Shown piece by piece: positions 39,114-52,399 of a stretch of 64,000 bases of DNA. The DNA comes from Octopus vulgaris. Taxonomy: Eukaryota. Positions within the stretch are counted from its first letter, which is position 1. The number at the start of each line of letters is the position of its first letter. Below the pieces are notes generated by a model, which was given only the letters and a program-made list of their open reading frames with translations, ran no database searches and was not told the origin of the DNA. The translations under genes and the position numbers were made by a program. The DNA lies in contig OX597816.1 of NCBI GenBank assembly GCA_951406725.2, positions 45,942,001-46,006,000 of the forward strand, given 5' to 3'.

Positions 39114-40337
39114 AACAACAAACAAGATGAGAACAAATATCTGTTGAATGTAAATAATATAAATAATGTATATAATTCCCCATCTCTTAAATATAGAACT
39201 AAATTAGCATCAGTTTACATAAAGTGTTAAGGCAGTATTGTATTATTCACTTTCTCGATGTCCAAAGTTTAAACCCCACTGAAGTCAAACTTGCCTTTCA
39301 TCTCTATGAACAACAGCTGTCACTCACAAACAAGTATGACAAGGTAGCATGTACCATGCTTTTGTTAATTTTTTTAGATGCTTATATAATCATGTACAGA
39401 AACAGTCATTTTCTTGGCCTTTTCATCACTGACCACAGTAGAACATCAACATTGTGACAGCTGGGGAGAGAAAGAGAGCATTGTACCAGCACTGAGACAG
39501 TATTCATTTCAGCTGAGTAGATTAAAACCACATGAAATGAAGTACCTTGCACTAAATTAAATACCAGTAATACAGTCAGTGGAACTGATTCAATCAATGA
39601 TCAAAGTCTATGCAAGACCAAATACTAAATGCCAGAGATGTTTCTTACTTCATGTGGGAATAGCTAAAATATGAGGAAGTAACTGAAACCAAAAAAAAAA
39701 CTAGCCTACTCAATAATGATTATAAATCTATCAAATGTGGTTGCAAAAATTATCAGAAACACATTACATAGATTAGGACAGAGGAAGATTATGCATTTCA
39801 GATTTGTCCAGCTCAAGCTATTAGAAGAGATTAATAAAAAAACAATTATTCAATGATTACACAAAAAAATCCAACAAATTTTGTGACAGTTAAATTGACA
39901 ATATTTAGGCAAAAGGCCACAAATTCTAGAGCCGAGTATACTCAAAACAGTTATATTTAGGCAAAATGCCACAGAGTGTAATGAATTATATGTTCTACAT
40001 TTAGGTAAAAACCCAAGTTTAGGGTAAGTGTATAGATAATTTAAATGAACCTGTTACTATACTGCTTTTCATCCTTAAATGTTCAAAACATATACAAGGC
40101 AGAAACGATGCCAATCAAAATGCTTAACAGTATTTTGTCTGCCACTATGTTCTGAGTTCAAATTACGCCGAGGTTGACTTTGCCTTTCATCCGTTCGGGG
40201 TCGATAAATTAAGTACCAGTTACGCACTGGGGTCGATATAATTGCCTTAATCCATTTGTCTGTCCTTGTTTGTCCCTTCTGTGTTTAGCCCCTTGTGAGT
40301 AGTAAAGAAATAAGTATTTCTTCATATGTCTTTATGT

Positions 40338-40714
40338 TAGGTGCAGGAGTGGCTGTGTGGTAAGTAGCTTGCTTACCAACCACATGTTTCCAGGTTGATT
40401 CCCACTGCGTGGCACCTTGGGCCGACCAAAGCCTTGTGAGTGGATTTGGTAGACGGAAACTGAAAAGAGCCTGTCGTATGTGTGTGTATGTATATATATG
40501 TTTGTGTGTCTGTGTTTGTCCCCCCCCCCCCCCCAACATTGCTTGACAACTGATGATAGTGTGTTTGCGTCACCCGTAACTTAGCGCTTCAGCAAAAGAG
40601 ACCAATAGAATAAGTACCAGGCTTACAAGGAATAAGTCCTGGGCTCGATTTGCTCGACTAAAGGCAGTTCTCCAGCATGGCCGCAGTCAAATGACTGAAA
40701 CAAGTAAAAGAGTG
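40338..40714 (+). mobile_element. SINE family A
   Basis: aggtgcaggagtggctgtgtgg head to aagtaaaagagtg tail. Confidence 0.9.
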
Positions 40715-42536
40715 AAAAAAAAAAAAAAAAAAAACAGATCCAAACTGTGGAATTGAAATTCAGAACATAACGATATGACCAATAACTGCAATGCATTTAT
40801 TCTGGTGTTCTAAATAATCTGAAATCCTGCTAGATCCACAGCCACTTCTAATTTTGCAATAAAACAAAACAGCAGCAGCATACTTTTAATATCAGTAGAT
40901 ATCAGCCCACCATTGATGACCCATATTAAAATGTTCATACTTAAATTAAAAATTTTAATGAAAATCTTATAACATGAGATTTCACTTGATCAACATTAAC
41001 ACCTATGTGTGTGTGTGTGTGTGTGTGAACATGTAAATGCTAGATGTTTTATTAATCCCAGCTCAAATCTTGTTTATATTGAAAATTAATTAAAATACAT
41101 ATACAGTTTACTCATTACAAATACAGTCATGGAAAGGTAAATAGTGACCCACTGCTTTACTTTATTTATAGTTGCATTCCTTTACATTCCAAGTAGAAAT
41201 ATAGTCAGTATTGAATATCCCTTCCCAAAAATCAAACCACCCAACCAAAAGGATTCACATTGATTTACAAGAAAAATTATCATCACCATCATCATTTAAC
41301 ATCCACTTTTTTTTATACTCGCATTGGTCAAGCAAAATTTGTTGAGGTAGATTTTCTACAGCTGGATGCCCTCCCTGATGCCAACCCTCACCTGTTTCCA
41401 AGCAAGGTAATATTCGCCTCCCCGCCCCACCTCTGACCAGACATGCTTTCACAGAAGATTGAAAATGAAGGATACCACTCACATGACATGACAATTGTTT
41501 ACAACTATCATGCAATGTCAAAGCAAGGAGACAGCAACAAAAACACTCTTATACATACATATATACACTCTCACACACATATATATATATATAAATATGA
41601 AAAGCTTTCGGTTTCTGTCTACTAAATGCATTCACAAGACTTTGATCAGCCTGGGGCTATAATAGAAAACAACTCACCCAACATGGGATGCAGTTGGACT
41701 GAACCCAAATCCATGTGGTACAGAAGCAGATTACATACCACATAGCCATATCTGCACCTTCAGTGATTAAAAAAAATTTTAAAAGATAGCACCAACATAA
41801 TATTAAATTTTAAAAAAATAGAGATTTCAATAAGTAAGCATGAGTTAGAAAGATTAGGATACTGCAGCATAAGGATTGCAAGATGGATTCAAGTTAAGCC
41901 AACCACCGAGAGTCCTAGGGATGGACCACTTGCAAGACGGTTGGATGACATTCATAGTCTCAGGTGGTCATGCTTGGAAATCCAGCAGGTAAGTGTAATA
42001 ATGGTTGCTGCTGATTGGACACTATGAAGGAGGTGTCTAAGAATTCTGTGCATACAGCCTTCAGAAAACAGTGGCTGGCAAGAAAAATGGATGGGTGGGT
42101 GGATGGATGGACATCTGGGTTTTAAAAATTTTAACCATTTAAGCAACGACAAATCCTTGATCAGGATTCTTTATGCATACACACATGCATAATTGGCTAT
42201 ACTACCATATTGCTGACATTTGCCTTTTCAAAAGTACCAACTCAAATAGAAACAAAACAGAAACATTTAGTTAAATCTGAGATGTGTATGTATGCATACA
42301 GACACACACACACACACACGTGTGTGTGTATATATATATATATATAGATATATATATTCATAAATATATGTAACATATCTACAGTAAAATGGCTTCTCTT
42401 TTTCACTAGATATGGAGGAAAAAATGTCTAAATTTAATCAAATTCAGTATTGAAAGGTTTCTATTTGCAAACATACAGATGTGTTTATGCTTGTATGCAT
42501 TCATGCATGCATGTGCAAATTTACATTATTGTGTAA

Positions 42537-42575
<39 letters not shown>

Positions 42576-42893
42576 AATAACCCTGCAAATAGACATACCC
42601 CTGATAAAAACGAACATAAACAGACAGGTATGCAAGCTTACACACACAGCATAGACAAAACACAGGTACACTATTTATTCCAGTCTGTCACTTTCCACTT
42701 TTGTGGAGGGCATTTAAACATACAACTAAACCCCTTTAATTCCCTTCATACTGCTAACCACTCAATTCTGATGTTAGAGCAAAGTCTGCTATCAACTGGG
42801 TACACTGATGCATACTATACACACACAAACACAATGAAACTTAACCCTAGACTCACTCTTGTAACTTCTGTGAATTAATAGTAACAACATATA

Positions 42894-42937
<44 letters not shown>

Positions 42938-43860
42938 ATCATCGATATACGCACACACACTTGTTTTTAGTTCTATTTTCCTGATTGCATCACCAAACCT
43001 ACAAACACACACAGACACACACACACACAAACTACAGACATTCTGACACACATACACAAACAGCTGTGTCTGTGACGATAAAAGTAACTCCTCAGTGTGA
43101 TAAACTTTGATTATTTTTAGACATATATTTTCTATCATATCTGGTGAACAGAAGCCATTCTAGATCAGAATTCTTTCTTCTTTTTTTTTTTTTTTCTTAC
43201 TTTAAATTCCAACTTGTGTTATAGGAAGGGAAACCAAATATCACTGACATTGTGCAACACATCAACTTTTATTCAAGTTCCACTTTTCCAAGAAAAGTGA
43301 AGTTGGAGATGGAGGCACCTGCTTCAGGTGAATTTACTGAATGGTATGGCATGGCCCTAATGAATGGGCCTATTCACAGTATACACATCTAAGCCCGGAA
43401 ATAACAGCTGAGAGCAGACACATTAATTTTTGGTACTCAGAATAATCTTGGATCAGTGGGGTTCCTTGATTGCACCCCCAACACCACCACTAGGTTACTG
43501 CCCTCTTCATAAACATAAACATATATTTTATAAACTCTGTAAGGCGGTTGACATTAGGAAGGGCATCCAGCCATAAAATACTATGCCAAAACAGACAGTG
43601 AAGCCTGGTGCAGTCTTCTGGCTAACCAGCTTCTGTCAAATCGTCCAACCCATACCAACACAGAAAACAGACATTAAACGATGATGATGATGTTTGCATA
43701 CTATCGTATTTTGTTTCATTTCAGAGTGAACACCTATACATTTTGTAATCCATCGTCATCTTTGTTCATCCACCACCCTTGTGGCAAAAATACAGTATTA
43801 TCATTATGGTTCAGCCATAATGATAAGATGCTGTGAAGCATCTTGGGTTTGTCTCGAAGC

Positions 43861-44212
43861 CGTGGTGATCTAATTCTTGCTCACAACATCATAAGCGGAA
43901 AGTGTAAACTCTCGAAAGAGCTGTTCTTCACTCCTGCTCCAGAGCGTCGGCTGCGGGGTCACTCCGAAAAGCTCTATCTGCGATGATTTCATCTCAATCG
44001 AAGGAGAGGGGCTTTCTCCGTCCGGGTTGCAGATCCGTGGAATAAGCTGCCGGACGAGATAGTGAAGATGCCGATGACCGCTCGGTTCAAAGTCTCTCTT
44101 GACCAGAAATGGCCTGAACTCTTTGCATGAACACCACCCTGTACATAACTCCATGTCCCCCTACATGGTCTTGCTTTTTGCTTTTTGAGCCCAAAATTAA
44201 CTTAACTTAACT
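43861..44212 (+). mobile_element. CR1-clade LINE 3' fragment
   Basis: RGDLILAHNII..RLRGHSEKLYLR*FHLNRRRGAFSVRVADPWNKLPDEIV..FKVSLD; one internal stop at 43984; (taact)n tail. Confidence 0.9.
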
Positions 44213-44624
44213 ATAGCCCTAAGTTGATCAATGCATACGTTACCAAATTTCTTAGAGGGAACTTATAAGAAACTTGTTACGTATGCATGCACGCACACGT
44301 GCACACACACACAATTTAGATAGACTTTAGCCATTATTGGCCAGGGCCATGTCTAATGAAATAGCACCAAATGGAGTAGGCTTTCAAACCATGTTTTAAG
44401 ACACCGTGACCCACTCAAGTAAGCTGTTGTATGCCAAGATGTATATGTATATGCATGTGTGTATATGCATCGGCATGGCTGCATATCTAAGAAGCTCTAA
44501 GCAACTAAGTGGTTTCAGGTTCAATCCCACTGTAAGCACCTTGGACAAGTGTCTTTTACAATAGCCCCAAGCTGACCAATGCCTTGAGTGAATATGGTAC
44601 ATGGAAACTGTGCGGAAGTCCACA

Positions 44625-44657
<33 letters not shown>

Positions 44658-45108
44658 CGCACATGTGTGTGTGTGTGTGTGTTTTGTTCCCACTGCCCAC
44701 TGCTTGACAACCAGTGTTGGTTTGTTTACATCTTCATAATGGTTCAGCCAGAAAGACTGATAATGTAAGTAGAAGACTCAAAAAAGGGCAAGTAAGCACT
44801 GGGATCAATTAATTGACTAAAACATTCAAAGTGGTGCCCCAGCATGGCCACAGTTCAATAACAGAAACAAATAAAAGTACGTGCACACACTCACTCACTC
44901 ACACTCTCATTTCAGTCATTGGACTGCAGACATGCTAGGAGACTGCCTTGAAGGGATTTAGTTGATTGTGTCAACTCCAGTACTTATCCAAAAATCTGTC
45001 AAACTGCAAATGTACTAAACATAAAAAAAAAAACATTGATGTTTTTGGTTTTGTACACATGCACTGATACACCTTCATATTTGTGAAAGAAAAAGAAAGA
45101 AAAAGTTG

Positions 45109-45480
45109 AAGGCGCAGGAGTGGCTGTGTGGTAAGTAGCTTGTTTACCAAATCACATGGTTCCAGGTTCAGTCCCACTGCATGGTATCTTGAAGTGTTTT
45201 CTACTATAGCTTGGGCCAACCAAAGCCTTGTGAGTGGATTTGGTAGACAAACCGAAAGAAGCCTATTGTTTGTTTGTTTGTGTGTGTGTGTGTTTGTCCC
45301 CCCCCCCCACCATCGAGTGACAACTGATATTGGTGTGTTTACATCCCCATAACTCAGCGGTTTGGCAACTGGAACCGATAGAATAAGTACTAGGTTTTAT
45401 GAAGAATAAGTCCTGGGGTCAATTTGTTCAACTAAAGGCGGTGCTCCAGCATGGCCACAGCCAAATGACTGAAACAAAAG
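45109..45480 (+). mobile_element. SINE family A
   Basis: aggcgcaggagtggctgtgtgg head, full body; an older copy lies at about 44472-44880. Confidence 0.9.
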
Positions 45481-46052
45481 AATAAAGAATATGTCATCAG
45501 AAGGAAACTTTGAAATTTCAACTGTTTAACTTGAAATGTCCAAAACTGAAGTAGCCAACAAAACACTGACCTATTTAACAATGAGCAGCTGGTAGAGCAA
45601 GTCAAATGAATACACACACAATCTGTCCACACATATACACACATTGCATACATACATACATACACACTCTCGCACAGCTTTGACAGAAAGAAAATAAAAC
45701 AAAATCTCTTGACATTTAACTACTATTGAAACAGTTTAAACAGCAGTAGCAGTAGTAACAAGTACATCCACAAAGAAGGCCTATATGTGATCACTTGTAT
45801 TGTGAGAAATAGCAGCTAAATATGTCTCAATTCTAGTCCTAAAAATAGAAAAGACATACAATATAAATACTGTTAAAAGCAAAAACAAGTTTGTCATAGC
45901 AGGAATTCCTTTGAGTTTAGTGGCCTAAGGCTAAACTACAAGTACTATGAAGAAAGAACTATGCTTCACTTGCTAAAAATAACAGTCTATACTCCCCCAA
46001 ACCACATCCATTCATTGCATATTGAGAACTACATTACACTGCCTGAAATGAA

Positions 46053-46271
46053 CCCTTTCGTTACCAACCTGGCTGAAACCAGCTCTGGCTCTGAGTACAA
46101 ATGTCTTGTTTTCATAAGTTTTGAATTAAAATCTCCCACCGAACCTTAGTCACAATTAATGTTCCTAACACTAGCTTAAAGATAAAGTTATCATTTTACT
46201 AAATTCTTTGTTATATTTAAAGCAATTGAAAGAAACACAGAGCATCACAAAATAAATAAGTAACAAAAGGG
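46053..46271. mobile_element. piggyBac-type MITE family 2
   Basis: TIR ccctttcgttac / gtaacaaaaggg followed by TTAA. Relatives at about 57510-57735, 18180-18512 and 3016-3100. Confidence 0.7.
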
Positions 46272-46728
46272 TTAAGATAGCTGGTCAATCCTAGAATGTG
46301 TTTGATTACAGGTCTACTAAACCAAACCTAACTGGAGTCTTAAACTAAGATTTAGATACTCTAACTCCCTTAAGAAAGTGGGAAATGGTTTGAAGGAACC
46401 AACCGTATATGGTTTTGTGATTAAGAAGGTTACTTTGCAACCACTGGATTTAGATTCGTGATAACTTGGGTATTTTCTACTATAACCCCAGGCTGACCAG
46501 TGCCTTGTAAGTGAATTAGGTAGACAAAAATTGTGTGTGTGTGTGTGTGTGTGTGTGTATACACGTTTGATATGCCTCCAGTACTTGACAAATACTGTTG
46601 GTTTGTTTACGTCCCTATAACTTAGAGGTTCTGCAAAAGAAACTGACCTAAAAAATTAGTACTGGTGTCAGTCAATTTGTTTGACTAAACCCTTCAAAGT
46701 GATGCCCCAGCATGACCATATTCTAATG

Positions 46729-46929
46729 CAGTGCTTTTCAAACTTTCTGCTGGAGCGGAACCCCAAGGAAACATTCCACTGGCTCGAGGAACCCCTGTGC
46801 AATAATTTAATAGTCTTATGCACACATATCTGCACAGGAGAATTAAAAATTACTGCCGATTTTAGCAGTTTTGTAACTTCTTGCGGAACCTCTTGACTGT
46901 ACTGGCGAAACCCTGGTTGAAAACCATTG
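46729..46929. mobile_element. hAT (Charlie-like) MITE, 201 bp
   Basis: TIRs cagtgcttttcaa / ttgaaaaccattg; 8-bp TSD ttctaatg at 46721-46728 and 46930-46937. Confidence 0.85.
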
Positions 46930-47296
46930 TTCTAATGACTGAAACAAGTAAAAGATGAAAGTGAATGTGAGGGATCTAATGGTAATTAGATGAAGTGAGT
47001 GGTCAAAAAGTCTGAGGGAGCCATTTGTAACACATTGGAACACATGGATATTGAGGAAACATTTGAATTAACATGTTGAAGCAGATGGAAATAGTATTAG
47101 GGTTTTAACTGTATAGCATTTAGTTACATCTCTTTATGCTTTAACTTGAAACTCTGCAAGAACTAACCTGCATTTTTCATCTTTTCAGAAACACTAAACA
47201 CTGAGCAAGCACTGGAGGTCATTGTGGCATTCTGCCAACAGGAGTTCAATACCACCAGCATTGAACCACACAATTCATTGATACAGAATTCAAATA

Positions 47297-47850
47297 TCGG
47301 GTTATCCGGAAAGTTTGTCCCGATTTATAGTAGCTTACCTTTCAACTTATTTTAGAACACGGTTGTGTCCATAAAATAGAATTTGACTAAACCTCCATTT
47401 AGACCACAGTTTAAGCTATCTTTTCGTGGAAGAAGGTTTATATTCCTATAACCTGTGTTAATTCTGTAACCCTTTAAAATGGAAGATAAGAAAGTTCATT
47501 TTCGGCACTTGATGCTTTGGGAACCAGACAAAAATTGCTGCAACTCGGCTGGGATGTGTTACCCCCACCCTCCATATTCACCAGATATTGCTCCTTTGGA
47601 TTTCCACTTATTCAGGTCCTTGCAGAATAGTCTTATGGTAAAAATTTCAATTCCTTGGATGACGTAAAAAGATACCTTGATGAATTCTTTGTCATGAAAC
47701 CACCTCAATTCTGGGAAGAGGGTATTTTCAAGTTAAAGGAAATATGGAGACGCATTGTGCAACAAAATGGTTCATATTTGGTTGATTAAAAATGTAATGG
47801 CAAGTATTTATTGACCTTTTTCTTTCCTTTAAAATTCGGTACGCAATAAA
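47297..47850 (+). mobile_element. Internally deleted mariner transposon
   Basis: MEDKKVHFRHLMLWE fused to PHPPYSPDIAPLDFHLFRSLQNSL (YSPDLAP-x-D motif), then frameshifted FFVMKPPQFWEEGIFKLKEIWRRIVQQNGSY; left TIR follows a TA. Confidence 0.9.
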
Positions 47851-47970
47851 TAACTTGCAGATACTATGGTAACAACTGTGACCACCTCTGCTTTTGGGAG
47901 AAATTATATTACTCTCCACACATTTCAGCTCTTTGTAAGTTTAATATAAAATATACAAAAAAAAAGTTAC

Positions 47971-48158
47971 CTTCTTTTCTGTTGGAATATGATTACACTG
48001 CAAGCGAGACATTAAATCTTCTCACGCAAGTAATCAAGATTTTGAACAGCAGGTGTATTCATTCCTTCACCAAGCTATGGAATGGGTGCCATTTTTATTT
48101 TCGTTCACAGAATCATAATTTTCTGAGAACACCAAAGTACTGAGCATTCCCATTAAGC
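47971..48158 (-). CDS. 188-nt exon, mostly 5'UTR with short uORFs; candidate start MSRLQCNHIPTEKK (ATG at 48012, phase 0)
   Basis: Acceptor tcttttatttag| and donor AAG|gtaact; unique sequence; all three frames have stops upstream of the ATG. Confidence 0.5.
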
Positions 48159-48507
48159 CTAAATAAAAGAATTCTCTTCACAATAAAATTCTGACATATC
48201 ATTGAGTAGTACCAATCAGCACTGCCTGATGAAACTATAGAATACTGCTAACTGAACAAATATTTCTCAGCAGTAGTCTTATAGATCAAACATTTAGGAT
48301 GTGCTTATGGATTGAATTTTATTGTCATATTTCAAATGGCAATCAAGCTGTGACTATCTGAGTTTTGCTTTGGGCACACCATAGATTTTAGAACAGAAGC
48401 ACTTGATTTGCTTATTTGAAATGGTCAGAGATAATTTGGGTATCACATGGTTTTACAGGCTTTCTGTTTGACTGTCTTCTTTTACTACATACACCACACC
48501 TATTTCA

Positions 48508-48697
48508 TACTCTTTTACTTGTTTCAGTCATTTGACTGTGGCCATGCTGGAGCACTGCCTTTAGTCGAGCAAATCGACCCCAGGACTTATTCTTTGTAAG
48601 CCTAGTACTTATTCTATCTGTCTCTTTTGCCGAACTGCTAAGTTCGGTTGTCAAGCGATGTTGGGGGGGACAAACACTGACACACAAACACACACAC

Positions 48698-48747
<50 letters not shown>

Positions 48748-48916
48748 TATACAACAGGCTTCTTTCAGTTTCCGTCTACCAAATCCACTCACAAGGCTTT
48801 GATCGGCCTGAGGCTATAGTAGAAGACACTTTCCCAAGGTGCCACGCTGTGGGACTGAACCCGGGACCATGTGGTTCATAAGCAAGCTAATTACCACACA
48901 GCCACTCCTGCGCCTA
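48508..48916 (-). mobile_element. SINE family A
   Basis: Near full-length reverse copy with a small internal deletion. Confidence 0.9.
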
Positions 48917-50114
48917 TTTCATTTTTAATTCATTTCAAAAGTTTTACTAACTGTTTCCCACCCAGCTTAAAAGCTTCAATTAATTTTTTTTGTGTGTGTG
49001 TGTGTGTCAATATTCCTCTATCTCTGATCTACATTACTGGATGTTGGTAAGCTCTTAGCTTTCAGCTTGAGGGAGCAAGACTAATGTTACAGGAGAAAAC
49101 TGTCAATAAACAAAGCAGTCAACCAACATTCCAAGGTGTGGCTGAAGTAAGTAGCTGTGAGATAAATCTCTCATTTTGTATATAGGATGCTGATACATCA
49201 GATAACTGCTCTCTGAGAAGAATTCAAACACAATTCTACTGCAAGCCAATAAATCAATTTCAGTGTTGTTGTTGTTGTTAGACATGATGTTCTAGGATTT
49301 AGGACTTGAAAAACAGGTAGTATCCCCAACCTTTTTTTTTTTAATGACTATAAAGGCATTGGCACAGAGATTTAGCTGCTATGTTAAACTGATCAAGCAA
49401 TTGCATATATGCAACCATATTAGGCACAGACATGAATGCGTAGTAAGAAGTTTGCCTCCCATCATCATAGTTTCCGGTTCAGTTCCACTGTGTGGCACCA
49501 TCAGCAAGTGTCTGTGTACAACTACAGCCTCAAGCCAACCAAAGACTTGCGAGTGAATTTGATAGACAGACACACAGACATTAAAGGAAGCTTTTGTGTG
49601 TGTGTGTGTGTGTGTTCCACACCACCATTTGACAACCTGTGTTGCTGTTTACATCTCTGTAACTTAGCAGTTCAGCAAAATATACTGATAAAATAAGCAC
49701 CAGACTTTAAAAATAAATACTGGGACTAATGCAATGCCCCAGCATGGTCACAGTCTGACTGAAACAAGTTAAAAATAAAAAAAAAAAACAGCTTTCCAAT
49801 ATTTATCTTTCACTTGTTTCAGACATTGGACTATGGTCAAGCTGGGGCACCACCTTAAAAGGTTTAGGCAAACAAATCAACACCAGTACTTATATTTTTA
49901 GTTCAGTATTTATTCTATCAGTCTCTGTTTGCCAAACTACAACATTGCAGGGATATAAACAAACCAACACCAGCTGTCAAGAGATTGTGAGTGATAAACA
50001 CAAACATTAAGACACACATACACACACATCTAATATACACAACAGCTTCTTTCAGTTTGTCTACCAAATCCACTCACCAAGTCTTTTGGTCAGTCTAGGC
50101 CTATAAAAGAAGAT

Positions 50115-50414
50115 CACGTGACCACGTGACCGACCAGACCATCAGATGTTGTTACACATCGCTGGTCACAATGCGTTCGCATTGTTTTAGCCTTTGAATG
50201 ACGCCACCCCGCTGGCTTAGCCAGGCCAACAGAAGAAAGAGTCGGAGAAAGAGTGGTGAAAGAGTACAGCAGGGATCACCACCCCCTGCCGGAGCCTCGT
50301 GGAGCTTTTAGGTGTTTTCGCTCAATAAACACTTACAACGCCCAGCCTGGGAATCGAAACCGCGATCCTACGACCGTGAGTCCGCTGCCCTAACCACTGG
50401 GCCATTGCGCCTCC
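50115..50414 (-). mobile_element. Young tRNA-derived SINE family D nested in a family A copy
   Basis: Head ggaggcgcaatggcccagtggttagggcagcggactc..ggtttcgattcc; (tcacgtgg)n tail; TSD aagaagat at 50107-50114 and 50415-50422; CpG-rich. Confidence 0.85.
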
Positions 50415-51821
50415 AAGAAGATACTCGCCCAAAATACCATACAGAAGGACTGAACCTGGAACCATGTGGTTGGGAAGCAAACTTCATAACATACAGCCAA
50501 CCGAACACCATATTAAATATCGCAAATATTGTCATGGCTGCAACTGCTAAGAAAACTAGGGAGATGGCAACCTCCATTCAATCAAAGAAAAAATACTATG
50601 AGAATCATATGGGAAATGGTTCAATTAACTATAATCTCTTTAGAAAATTTCACTTAGTGCTTCTTCAAAAGATATCAATAATTATACTAACTGAATTTTT
50701 AGCCTTTTGCAACATATGTTTCTTGACAGAGAAAGCAATGCCCCCCCCCTCTCTCTCATCTATCTAGCTAGCTAGCTCTCTATCGCTCTTTTTCCACTAT
50801 CTCTTGATGGCAGTTAAAAGTCTTTTATTAAAGACATGACATGCAAGACATATCTTCAGCATGTAACAATAACCAAAATCCATGCAAAATTAAACAGTCA
50901 ACTTAAACGTTTTTGTTTTTTTTTTTATATTTCTTTTCAAGAGTTTCTTATTTTTCCATGCTAGTATTGATTTTAGATAGTTGAATTGTTTAAAGCAGGT
51001 GTTTAACAGTCACATACCCAAACCACACAATGCTGAAGAGAAGAAGCACAATCTAAATGACTAGATATGCTTCGCTTACACCTGCAATATATAATGTCTG
51101 GTGTAAGATTTGAACCGCTGAACTTACAACGGTTAAATAAATCCTGAAGTAGACACATTAGTGTTAATACATTTAATGCATAGAGACCATTAAAAAAAAA
51201 GACAGCTTAAAAAGAAACATGCATGTAGTTACACCAGGTCTCTCTAATGACTAATGATTTTACATGTTCCATCTGTGATCAAAAGCTGTATAACTAAGGA
51301 GTTAGATGTAGTTATCAAAAGATTCACAAATGAAGATGTTCATCAAAAGATAGAATAGACAACCATAAGCAAGAATTTATATATATATATATATACACAC
51401 ACACACATCATTTAATATACACGGTCACAAAAGAGCTACTAATAGTTTCATGCTTTAAGATACATTAAATTGGGAGATTTAAATAAAATGCCATATATTT
51501 CCAAGCAATCTATCAGGCTCAGTTAATCGTAGATGTATTTAAAAAAAAACAGAATGCCGGTCTACACACACACACACACGCGTGGCTATGTGCTAAGAAG
51601 TTTGCATCCCAGGTTCAGCCACACTGTGTGGAACTTTGGAGAAGTGTCTTCTGCTTTAGCCCTAGGACATTAGGCATTTACTGAAAGAAGTCCCTCATGC
51701 ACATGCACATGTGTGTGTGTTACTGCCACATTGCCATGATATCATGTGATAGCTGTAAATAAATATTTGCTGTCACGTAAGTGGTATCTATTTCCAATCT
51801 TCTGTGAAAACAGATCTGACC

Positions 51822-52180
51822 TTAGCTTGCTTACCAACCACATAGTTCCGGGTTCATTCCCACTGCATGGCACCTTAGGCAATTGTCTTCTACTATAGCC
51901 TTGGGGCTGACCAAAGCCTTGAGTGGATTTGGTAGACAGAAACTGAAAGAAGCCTGTTGTATATATGTATATGTGTGTGTGTGTGTGTGTGTGTTTGTCT
52001 CCCCCAACGTCGCTTGACAACCGATGGAGGTGTGTTTACGTTCCCATAGCTTAGCGTTTCAGCAAAAGAGACTAATAGAATAAGTACTAAACTTCCAAAG
52101 AATAAGTCCTGGGGTCAATTTGCTCAACTAAAAGGCAGTGCTCCAGCATGGCCACAGTCAAATGACTGAAACAAACAAAA
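51822..52180 (+). mobile_element. SINE family A (5' clipped)
   Basis: Match to 105-512. Further copies at about 49424-49780(+), 49803-50502(-), 59200-59560(+) and 60082-60448(-). Confidence 0.85.
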
Positions 52181-52399
52181 GAGAGATGGCATCCAGCTGT
52201 AGAGAAACCACCCCAACAAATTCTGTCTGACCCATGCAAGCATGGAAACATAAATAAAATGATTATATATGGATGTCTGCAGATATTTTTGTAACTGGTT
52301 AAAGCCACTGTTTTATGAAATTGTTTGGATTTTCTAATCTTAATAAACTTTTAATATATATATATCATTATTATTAGAGACAACTTTGAATGTGTTTTT

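Larger units (their letters stand above)
38832..39200 (-). mobile_element. Composite element: tRNA-derived head plus inverted Penelope-like arms bearing hammerhead motifs
   Basis: 10-bp TSD aaattagcat (38822-38831, 39201-39210). 91-bp inverted arms at 38830-38920 and 39068-39158. Head at about 39000-39065 on minus with A-box TGGTGTAGTGG and B-box-like GAGTTTTATTCC. Confidence 0.8.

Noticed and set aside
43870-44154. 94-aa minus-strand ORF
   Set aside because: Antisense shadow of the CR1 ORF2 fragment.
50340-50414. tRNA gene
   Set aside because: It is the head of a TSD-flanked SINE and lacks a proper acceptor stem.
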